Shown here piece by piece: positions 52,782 to 64,000 of a stretch of 64,000 bases of DNA. The stretch is from Trichinella spiralis (taxonomy: Eukaryota). The stretch spans positions 6,664,122-6,728,121 of the forward strand of contig NW_003526943.1 in the NCBI RefSeq assembly GCF_000181795.1. The letters are read 5' to 3'. A program made the position numbers and the translations under genes. How positions within the stretch are numbered: position 1 is the first letter of the stretch; every line of letters starts with the position of its first letter. The notes under the pieces are model-generated. The model saw only the letters and a program-made list of their open reading frames with translations, did not search any database and was not told the origin of the DNA.

Positions 52782-55700
52782 AATTGTCATATAGAACAAA
52801 AAGAACAACAACACTATTGCAAACCTGAGTATAAAGATCAACAAATCCATCACATCTTCAACAAAGAACTCTGGGAGAGTTTTGAATAATTCAGGAACTT
52901 TCACTGGAGTCAGACCGTTCATTCTACAAAAAAAGCAAACATATTCACAACTGCCCGTTGAATATATATATATATTATTTTCATAACATAACAACAAAAT
53001 AATTAATGAGCTGCTGCTAACCCGTTCAAGCTTAAAATTTTTATGATAAAACTCAACTGAACGTTGACAAACGTCAAAACGCTGCGCAGCAAGTTCGGAT
53101 CGAAGAAAGTCGCTTCGGATAACATGTAGGCAGTGCAAAGACCCTAAAAATTTGAATAATACTTATTATTATTATTATAATGAAGAAAGAAAATCAACCA
53201 AAAACGGATTCAACTTTTTAAAATACAAATACAAAAATAATATTCACCTGAACAATAGTTTCAATTTCTGATACAATGCATTTTGTGTAATTTTCGGCTT
53301 CCTCAGAAGAAGAAGAAGAAGAAGTGTTCGGCACGTTGTCTCTTTTAGCTCTAACTTGGGCAAGCAACCGTTGGGCATCTTGACAACTGCGCAAACGTCG
53401 CTTGTGCATCCGCACGCCTCGTACCACGCTCAAATGCTGTATGTAAACGGTAAGAAAGAAACATTCGGTCGTGAATTTTGGATCTGACCATTCTTCTTCA
53501 AAAAAGAAAAAACAACAACATTAAATATGCAATAAACAAAACCACAAAAAACTGCCACAGTCTTATTTATAACCAGTAAATAAATCGCCACGCACCATGT
53601 AAATTATTGATATAAGTATTCAGCTCTTCTTCACTCATGTTGATGGCACTTTCTCGAGAAGAAATTTTCCTGCATTTCGGATGCAAGATAAACATAGGAT
53701 TAATTTTGTCCAATACAACTTTATGTGACAATTGATAAAAAGTGTACAAGAAGTTTAAAAAGAATCCATCCGGTGCCGTAGTCGTTTGTTCGACCTGAAT
53801 AATAAATTAATAAATAATAATAATAATAATAATAAAGATGTAGTCACAGTTGGTTTTATATAATTTTTATAAACAATGCTTAAGAATCAGCAATGAGAAT
53901 TACCATTATGTTCCCTCTCCGTATATTGTGAACAACAACATTATAACTGTAGGTGATGGCCGCTTCTCGGGATGTTGCATTTGTCAATAAATTTTTCAAA
54001 ATTTTGCAACAATGATACTAAAATTGTAACAATGGAATCAACAACAACAACAACAACAATGCTTTTTAATTAAGATAATTCATCTGCTAATATATTATAC
54101 CCTGCATGTGTCAAGACGATCTCGAACTATTTTGTACACGACTTCCTTCCTACTCTTAGACATGTTTTCTTCACTCTGCTGCAACTGCTCTTCTACAAAT
54201 TCCTGAAATGGACCTTGCATTTATAATAGAAGAGAATACATTACATTATGCTGTACTAATTCATTAAAACAAAATTAATTTGTAGCAGTGCAAAAATTAT
54301 ATACGCATTTTTTTTCTTGATTTCTTTTAATTTCAAAAGAACAATTAAAATGACCAGTAAAATTAAGTTGAATTAAATTAAATTAAATGCATTTTAACCA
54401 GTTCACAGAAGTAGAAGAAACAAACAGCCCCTAATGCTTACAAGAGTTTCTTCGATGCTATCAAAGTCAAACCACTGGCCAACGGACGAAAGCAAAGCTA
54501 TTTCGCGACCCACCGCTGTAGTATACGGAGTGTTTATAAAGTCTGCTCTCCTGCTTAGCTGAAAAAATAATTAAATCCAATATTCAAAGAACAACAGAAT
54601 TTATGAAGCTAAATTATGTAAAAGATAAATTCTAAAAAAGACATATTCTTACACTAGAACAAACTGGTCTTGAGGAACCAACTTTGATCTGACAAAGGAA
54701 AGACATCGCTTTCAGTGCTTGGGCAAACATACCGGATTTCGTCAGCTTACCAGCACCGTTAGCAGTTAATAATAATGAAATTATTGGATGAAAAATCTAC
54801 AACAAATTAAAAAAAAATACCAAAATAAAAAATGAATGAATAATAGTATAATTTTGTGACTGACTTTGTCAAATTTTTCCGACATCAATGGATCATTTTC
54901 CGAACTTTGTTGAATCACTTCAGTGACTAACTGAGACCAAAATGCATCTTGCGATTCGACTAGCAATGATTTGATCATCACCAGGCGAAAATCGTCCAAA
55001 CTAAATTTAAACTAGCATATTATGCAAAAATAAAATTCATTTAAAAGAATATTTCAAAAATAAAGTTGTAAAATACTTAATCTGCGCAAACATGTTGCCA
55101 GATAGAAGGCTGATGAGCAGGGAAAAGAAAATCTTTCTGAATGGTATAGCAAAACAGCTTTTACTCTGCAAATAATTAATTTACCACCAATTATCAAATC
55201 AGTCATCACTGTGAAAAATTCCAAATCACTTACATGGTCAACACCTGCGTTCAAATGAGTCACGATGTTGTTGAAGCAAATAATGGCATAATTAAATATA
55301 CGACTTTCGAATGTATTCGACTCTGGCCATACATGAGCAAATACTTCTTGACAAGCGCTGAAAGTTGAATATGAATATCAGTCAAAAATAAAATGTTATA
55401 TAAATCACCGCTGCTCATCAGCCACATTTGGAGCTAGTGTTTCTTCAGGAGCAAGAAGCTCTGCAAAGTTCTCCTTTCTGAGGCAGAACATCAAGTCGTA
55501 GAACACTAATTCACAAACATTTTCCCATTGTGCTGAAAGAAAAAGCAAAGAAAAATTTCCATTATAAAAATCATACCAATTTGCATAAAATGAAATAAAA
55601 AATTAATTTACCCGAATTCTGACAAGCTTCGTCACGTAACGTTGCCAGCGGTTGTAGAACAGAAGCAAATTCCGAGTTGTTGATTCCATTGGATACATTC

Positions 55701-57062
55701 AGAAGAGAACAAATTTCATACATTAAATCTCCACAGTTGTTTTCATTTTCGATCTAAAATTCATGTTTAACTTCATTTACATGAATTGTCACTTCTTCAC
55801 TTGAAAAAGTGTTCGAAAGCACTTTTCAGTTAATAAATTATTCAACTATTGTTATACTATGATATTAACAGCCATAACAATAAAAATAATTATTTATAAT
55901 AATATCATAATCCATCCTGTGTGAATTTCTTTTGCTTTTCCCTCATCTGAAGCAATGCTAATTTCACAATGACACTCACATCAAACATACTTGCAATCGT
56001 CATAATCAACCAATTAATATCAACGACAAAAATAACTACAATTTAGAATAAAGAATCTTACGTTAGTGCCTATTAAAAAGCAAGAAAACATTTTCTTTTA
56101 TAAATGAAATTCAAATTCACTTCAGAAGAAGGTAAATTATGTTATTTGAAGAAAAAAATTTTTTACCACTGAAATCAACGAAATTTCATCGAAATCACGT
56201 GACGCTGAATGCAGTGTTGGTAAACTCATTCGAAGGGAAGAAATTTATTTCCTCAGTAAAAACTTAATTTACAAAAATTGAAAGCAAACACTTTCAAAGC
56301 AATTCAAAACACACAAGTCAATAAAAAAATAATCAGCCAAAAATTATGACGTACATCCTTGATTATCAATTACTATATTACGGTATGAATTCTCATCATA
56401 CAACAACATAAAGTTATCGCTAGCAGGCGTGTTGCTGTGCGTATACAGCAAAACATTTTCAAAATAAGTAACTGCTAAAAATTAAGAAAAAATTAATTCA
56501 ACTACAAATGCGTTGCCACTTCAAGATAGGGGAAAACGATAGAACAAAACAAAACTCTTCCTTCTTATCCATCAATGTTTTTGCTCAGTAGGAAAAGTGG
56601 AATACTACCTGTGTCATTGGAAGACAATTTTCCCCTATGTATGGAATGATCAACATCATGGTTTAAGTGTTAAACAATAAAAAAAATATTTCACAAAATA
56701 ACTTTGCTTAAGACGCGTCGCCTCATAAAGTGAATAATTTGAATAAAAATAATCAAAAAATCGAGCGCGTGGAATATTTTAAGACGATACTAATTGTTCT
56801 AACAGTTTTTACACGATGAAACTTACCGCCGAATGAGAACAAGGATCGTAATCGTCCATTCTGACTCTAAAGAGAATTGAACTGAAGAAGTAATTCACGG
56901 TTCCAAAATTGTCCCTTACGGTGAACTGGACTCCGATGTGTCTTCTGCACTTTGTGCATTCATAGTGTACAGCTCCATTTCCTGCTCAACGTTTTCTGCT
57001 GTTAGTAAGGCAAAAGGATTGCTTCCCATTGCTGGGTTGTTTTCCCCTTGATTCTGAGGCAT
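50822..57062 (-). CDS. UBE4B: Ubiquitin conjugation factor E4 B (U-box, UFD-2)
   Basis: Multi-exon; ATG 57062 (MPQNQGENN), stop 50822. Motifs [65 protein letters not shown] and U-box [17 protein letters not shown]...[16 protein letters not shown]. Confidence 0.94.
52727..52780. repeat. (ATT)n microsatellite in a UBE4B intron
   Basis: Perfect trinucleotide run. Confidence 0.95.
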
Positions 57063-58268
57063 TTTGAATCTGAAGAACACGTATACCTGTGAGAGAGTAG
57101 TGCAAATCAACGCGACCATTCCGAAATGCATAACATTCCCTCCAATTTAAAGAACAGAATTTATTTATTCATTTATTTTTTTGTGTTATCAAATTAAAAA
57201 CTGACAGTTAAATTATTAATGAAAAAAAATTTTTTCTTCAGATACTTAATTATCACAATAAGCATCAAATAATAATGTCAAGCAGTGAATGAAGGCTGTT
57301 CAGAAGGGGAATTATTGTTAAAAAAGTTTCAAGCTTGCATTCACTTCAAAAGCATACCAAAAATTAGGCAGAGTAAATTACATGCAAAAATCCTAAAAGC
57401 ACCAATACACTGCAAACGCAGACTAACAAATTATGCAACAAATGTTTTTGCGTTTACAAAACCTACAGTATAAATTAAGACGGATGATGAAGTTTAATTT
57501 GTAATAGGTTTAGAGCAAAGCACATGTGATCTCAAAAAGTGACAACAGTATAATAATTTTTAGCTTTACTGAGAGAACAGGAAACAAACAATTCACATAT
57601 TATATTATTTGAAAACTATTAAAGTATCGCACTAATGATTTGCATTGTTTAAATATAAATGATTCAGACCTCAGACGAATCATTTCAGTTTAAGTAATGT
57701 TGAAGAATATTTGCAAAAAATGTAAAAATTTAAATAAACAGATAAATCAGCAAATGTAAAGCAATGCAAGTCAATGTGAAACGTGCATAGCAAAAGTGGA
57801 ATTTAACAATAACTTAACAATCGAATCAAAAGTAGAAAGCGATTAAATTTTACAGTAAGAACAACATAGACTGAATGCTACTAACTAATCTGACGCACAA
57901 GTAGATCGTTTCAAAGAGTCATCGCAGAGGATGTTTTTGAATACCAAAAGTTCTAGCAGTCACCATTAAGTGGACCGTATATTGTCATTGCGGTGGGAAT
58001 CTGACTGACAACACAAACAAAAGCTTGGTCATCTCCACCTGGACTTTCGTTGACCATTGTCAACTTGTGACCTTCGACAGGTAGTTGTTTGTTTAATTGG
58101 GTCAAATTATATCCTATTTCGCATTACGTAATCAATTTTTTTTGAATTTAAAATTTTTCGAAAATTCAATCAACAAGGAAGTATTTCAAATTGAACTTTG
58201 CAAGCAATGTTGGTTGCTACGATGCCAACTGACGACTGGATTGAAGTGAAAAATCAGTTAGCTTCGAC

Positions 58269-58299
<31 letters not shown>

Positions 58300-59327
58300 T
58301 TCAAGCAAGTGTCATCTCTAGACAACATCAATCTAACGACAGCGTCATCACAGCTGAAAGCATATAAATAAATCATTTAAACCTGACAGATATGACACCT
58401 AAACTAAGAAAACAGTTGACAAATAACCAACAACACCATCAACCACCACAGTACAACAATAATAATGATAAAATTTACCTAAGCTAACGTACAACAATCG
58501 ACAAGATACAGTAGCAAAAGTAAATGGAATACGTTTCTATTTTTACTACATATGCAGTGTTTGCTTTTGACGCGCAGGTTGAAGCTGTAATTTGCAAGAA
58601 AATCTCCAACAAAGTATTCGCGCGCATACACACACACACAATGATCTATTTCATGATTACTGTACTATTTATTGTATATAATATTTTTTTTTCTTTGAAA
58701 AGAAAAAAGAAATACGATAATATATAGGTATGTATTACATTTTTCCACTGAATGTGTTGCAAAATGCAACAATCAAATGGCAACAAAATGTAACAATAGA
58801 AATACGATGATTATTAATTTTTTTTATTTCAATAAGCGTATTTTTTCTTTTTCCATTCAAATTTTCCACTATTCTTTCAAACATTTTCGCAAATTTACTG
58901 CTAAAATTTCACTTTCGCTTATTAAATTGAATAAGAAATAATAATTAAATTTTTTCTTTGAAAAGACAAAAGAATCCTTATCACAAGGACAAATTGAAAC
59001 TTTGAATGAACATTCAAAAGAAATTAAAAAATATCAGATAAAACAAACCAACAGAAATAAAGCATAAACATTATATATGTGTGTATGTGGTGACGATCAC
59101 TGGTATAAATTTGCAAATAAAATTACCACAAACTATTGGCACGGTATTGGTAAAACAAAAATTGACATATAGAAATGGTGATTACGAGAAAAAAAAACAA
59201 GCACATACATACATACGTACGTATACAATGAAGAGAAAAAAATGGAACTTTTTTTTTTAAATACAAATTATACAATTAATATGCAGTGAAGCAAGCGTTG
59301 AAAAAAAGATTTTTGAAACTTTTCTTG

Positions 59328-60652
59328 TCACGTTTCACACTTCACTTCCCATACAATCAAATGAGACCAATCTCGTCGACTTATGCCAGTCTGTGTTGTG
59401 TCCAAATCGTCATCATCACCTGAAATTTGTCATTTTTTTCATTGTATTCATCTACGAAAAATAAAAATAATGGAAATTTTCAACCCCCAATAAGCCGCTT
59501 ACCGACTCGAAAATCGATGTACCCTTCTCCACCAGACATCACTATCATCGTTTTCACGTCGCACGTTGCCGGCTTTGAAGCATCCTTTGAAGAAGCTTCA
59601 TCGGCAGTTCTCGTCGCCCTGTCCGAACTTTCCACTTCTGAGTTTGCAAAATAAATTTTATTGCAATTTCATCAAAAACAAAATGAATAATCATCAATTC
59701 CAACAATACTGACCAGGAACGGCGACGAAAAATTTCACAGCATCCCTGTGACCGTGGAAAGACAGTTGGGCAAGTACCATGTTACAGTAAGGGACAAAAG
59801 TTCCCGGGCAAATTTGATCACTGTTACCAGAACCATCACTGTAGACACGAATCGCTTCGCCCGGCTTGGTTTTGGCTGCTGCTGCTGTCGGGTCGGAACG
59901 TTGAACAAGAATACCACCTTTTTTTTCAATTTCTGAAATTTATAATTTAAATTTTTCCCTCGGCAACGAAAAAGAAAAGCCAACATATTTTTACGTTCAG
60001 TCAACGGTACGGAAAGGACAACGCCGTTGCCAGTGCCGATCCACAGTCGCTTGCAAGAGATGAGCAACGAAGTGATGCGCACAAACGAAAAGCCCAGCTT
60101 GCTCGTTCCTGAAAAAAAAACTGAAGCCAATCACCAAACCAACAAAAAAAATGCAAAATTCCACACTAACCCAGCATGTTGCTCACGTAAGGCTCAATGT
60201 CGACGTCTTGTATGTGGCGGTAGGTTTTGGCGTTGAAAAGACGCAACGACGAATCGAGGCGAATTGAACACCACACCCCGTCCCCGTACCAGCACAACTG
60301 GCGTACTTGGCTCTCTTTGCGTGGATGAGCATTGAACGAATGCTAATTTTTTGAAAAAAAAATTAATAAACAACAACAACAACAACAACATAATGCAATG
60401 CAGTGACAATAACAACCTCAACAACCAACGTTTTCGGATCGATTATGTAAATTTTATTCCTGTAACCACACCAAATTTTGTCCAACACAACCGCCAAACA
60501 CCGGACCGAAATTGAAGGCATTCCAATTGTTATCAAATAATATCCATCCACATTCCATTCACCATCTAAAAAACAAATCATCTATCTGTAAATTATCAAA
60601 ATTTTGTTGAATAAAAGTTGAAATTCCATTTGAAATTCTCTACATCATTTAC

Positions 60653-60683
<31 letters not shown>

Positions 60684-63600
60684 ACGCGTTCACACGAATC
60701 GAATTCGACAAAATGATACGCAATAAATATAATCAATCATTCAATTATCTAACTAACAGTAATAACAACACAACAATATGCAATAATTTGAAAAGTTGAT
60801 AAAAATTATTAAAAAAATCGATCTTCTCTATTTGAAATTCAATTTGAAAAAATAATTAATTTTCTTATTCAATATTTTTCTTACTTTTCTTTCGACAAAA
60901 TACACATACCGTCCCATTGGCAAGTGCGACAAATGCGCGCCCTTTGTGATGCCTTAAAATACAGTATATATTTTTAAAGCCGCTTGTTCTTATTGTCCCA
61001 GTGAAAAGAAAATCAGAAGAATAGCTTTTGCAAAAAAAAAGAGAATACAACAATTACACTATACTAAGGATGGCATCGTCCAACTGTATCGCGTGCAAAC
61101 ATTTACGCCATTCCGACACTGCGGAATGAATGTACAATCTGAAAGTTTAAAATTAAAATAAAACAAAAAGCAAGCAAGCAACAATGAAAATTTTTTACTG
61201 TCCACTTTGGGAACCCATCCATACAGTAGGCAGTACCGTCGCAAATGACATGTGGTCGGAAAATTTTTGCAATCCGTCCTTAACTTGTTCTGGCAAATGT
61301 TTCCAAATACGTTCTTTGTACTCTGAAATGAAAGCATCCTTTGCATAATCTTTGCTACATATAAAAATAAACAACAAAAATATACACGAATATATATATA
61401 TATATATCTACATGTGTATGTATACAAACTGAAATAAAATCAAAGATAAAGTCAGCTTACATTGAATAACAAATTGAAGCGTCATCAAAAGACAAATACA
61501 ATTAAAAAAAGAAAGAAAAAACAAGCAAAATTAAATTTTAACAAAAAATAAAAATAGAAAAAAAAGAACATTTTGCTGAAAAACAGAACTTGTCAAAATT
61601 GACCACCACACCTAGCCTACCTTGGTCGTCGTCGGCAGTTGAAACAGCAACAAGTACCTCCTCCTTAGCTACCTCTATATATATATACACATATGCATAA
61701 ACTGAATATATGTATATTATAAACTGGCCAGAATGCCATCTGGCAGTAAAAGAAAACTAAACAAAAATTCCATTACCTTGCTTTTTCTTAGTGCTAGTAG
61801 AAGAAGAGGTGGAATTGATACCCTCTTCGCCGTACATGCTGCTGATCAAAATTTCCGATGCCACTTCTGAACTCTGCACTTCTGGTACTGTTTCAGCGGA
61901 TCCGGCTGAAAGTCGAAGAGAACAAAAATAAACAAACAAACAAACAAGCAAGCAAAATATATTCAGATACTTTGCATTTCAGACAAACTGCCAGAATTGG
62001 AATTGTCAGCTGCTGGTGTTGCAGGCAATGGATTTTTTCGCACAAGCATACGCTGCTCATTGTCCATCGTCAAATCAACCCAAACCGCCGAATTAGCTGC
62101 TGCTTCTGCACTGTGCACATCTTGTTCGTCGTCGTTCACAGCAGTCGACTCTTTGGGCTTGGTGTAGCAGCAGTCGTCAGGTTGGGATGATGAGTTGGCC
62201 AAATAGTCGCTGATGTCGGCTCCTGAAAATCCAAAAAAAACCACCTTCAAAATTTACCACCAACAACAACAACTGCATTGCTCTTGTGACCAGAAATGCT
62301 GCATACGCAGAGGATGTGCGACGAGGACACATCGAAGGTATCGATAATTTCGTTGGCTTTGTTAGCACGGATCACCGAAACCAAGCTGCGGCCCCTGGCC
62401 GAGCTGCATATCCAAACCAAATTCGAATGCAACCACTCTCGTTCTTGATGTCGTTGAATTTCCATCTGTTTCACCTGAAAAAAAATAATAATTAATCTTC
62501 CTTCACAGCAACAACACACACACATTGTCAGATATTTGAGTTTCAAAAAAAACCTCTCAACTGAACAATAAAAATAATATTCAAACAACCTTGAGTTCAT
62601 AGTCAAGTTTTCCCACTTCGTCTGCAGCTTGTTGAGTTGGCTGCTCGCAGAAATTATCTCGCAAATGTTCTTTGGAATAAAATACACTGCTCCCGACAAT
62701 AAAGCCGCCATCTGGGGTAAAACCGCCGTTCAAGTCAACACCACAAGCGCACCAGATCTGAAATCAACCAACCAACAAATAAATGTATAAATTCAAATTA
62801 TAATAATTAAAAAAAAAGAGAGAGAGAAACCTTCAAGTGTGGCTCGTTTTCATAAAGAGGCTGACAAGATACCGGCACTGGAACGGATGCTTGAGGAGCG
62901 TCGAGCACCGGTATACTCCAGCCGTAAGCTTGGAATCGACCGGATTCGTCCTTTTTCACGTGCGCTTTCACCAACTTGTATTGTTCCTTTCTTTCCGCGG
63001 CACGTCGTTCAGATGAACTGAAAAAAGGAAATAATAAAGGAATTACACCAATAATAATGATAATTGTTTTTAAGAATAAAAAAAGCACAAATTATTTATT
63101 ATTTCTGCTTACAAATCTTTGTCTAGAAAATCAAAAGCTTTCAATTTGCCATTGCTGCTACTTTTGCGCTGTTTCTCCGATCCAGGAAGCAAATTCCGAT
63201 TCGGTGCATTGTAGCGCAAATTGACCATCGCATGCTGGTCAGCGGCAGCGTGGTTCGAACCGCTGCTGAACAATCCGTTGAAGCTGTAAAATGGATAATT
63301 TTTTGATCATAAAATTTGAATATAATTTTAAGAATGCAAATTTACAAATCCCAAATGCTGCCTCGTTTGCGTTTCAACGACGGATCGTTCCTCGACGCGC
63401 GTATCATTTCTGTCCAACGAACCGCCTCTTGCAGTTCCATCAATTTTTCCTTGTACTGATTGCGTTCCATCAACACGCGAGCCATTTCAATTCGAGTGAA
63501 TCGTTTCCGTTGAGCCATCGGCACGTCGCTCTGCAAGCAAAACAACACTTTTCACGTAAACAAAATTACAGTACGCTGAAAATTAAGATAAATAAATAAA

Positions 63601-63926
63601 CAAACAAACAAACATTCTCATCACGATTGCGCAACTCTTCCAACGATTGTTTCGATTCTTTCAATTCTTGTTCAAGTTCCCGTACACGTTCGTTCAATTT
63701 CGCTCGAACCATCTCCAAGCTGCGTATCTCTTCGCGCAGAATATCTTGTTCACTAAACTTTTATGCAAATCACAAAGCAAAAAAAAGTTCAAAACTTCTT
63801 TTTAACTCACCTTGCCATACCATCGAGTTGTGCGATCAGATCATTTTTGACCACATTCAGGGCGTTCTTCGTCTCCAACAGTTCCGTGTTCTCTTTGATC
63901 AAATTTTCCACCTCACGCCCCATACC
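59328..63926 (-). CDS. unc-16: JNK-interacting protein 3/4 (UNC-16/Sunday driver), 3' part; 5' end lies beyond the right edge
   Basis: Spliced exons give [109 protein letters not shown]...[15 protein letters not shown] and SHLIVWEV; stop TGA at 59330-59328. Confidence 0.95.
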
Positions 63927-64000
63927 TTAAATATACACATACACACACATATTACCCAGTGGATATTTCTGAACAAGAAAGCAAAGATGCAAAGGCGCGG

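Noticed and set aside
54400..54445. Apparent 11-nt micro-intron (GTAAGCATTAG) in UBE4B
   Set aside because: The same donor splices in frame to the strong CATTTCAG acceptor near 54204, giving a normal intron.
57063..59327. unc-16 and UBE4B as a trans-spliced operon
   Set aside because: Same strand, but ~2.3 kb separates stop and start and the poly(A) site cannot be placed; not supportable from sequence alone.
61322..61674. Apparent phase mismatch between unc-16 exons
   Set aside because: Resolved by the TTTCATTTCAG acceptor at 61323, so no frameshift or extra micro-exon is needed.

Overview
AT-rich eukaryotic DNA with many short GT-AG introns and TTTCAG/TTTTAG acceptors, typical of a nematode. 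The intron style and FLYWCH-MULE remnants suggest Trichinella or a relative (inference). From left to right: the 5' part of a La-motif gene (-); an unnamed secreted protein with a caspase-haemoglobinase/peptidase C13-like fold whose catalytic Cys is replaced by Ser (-), with paired TCF HMG+Helper motifs upstream and in intron 1; an intronless, disrupted spectraplakin EF-hand/GAR fragment with its 5' part inverted; NAA50 (+); a ~6-7 kb tandem duplication with two intact CCT5 genes (unit 1 carries a hAT remnant, copy 2 a solo LTR in intron 1); possible small spliced exons at 24-28 kb; an RBMS/shep/sup-26-type two-RRM gene (+); a repeat-rich block at 41-50 kb (MULE remnants, long inverted repeat, ~380-bp tandem units); UBE4B/ufd-2 (-); and the 3' part of unc-16/JIP3 (-). 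Exon boundaries were read by eye and family assignments come from recalled motifs, not database searches.
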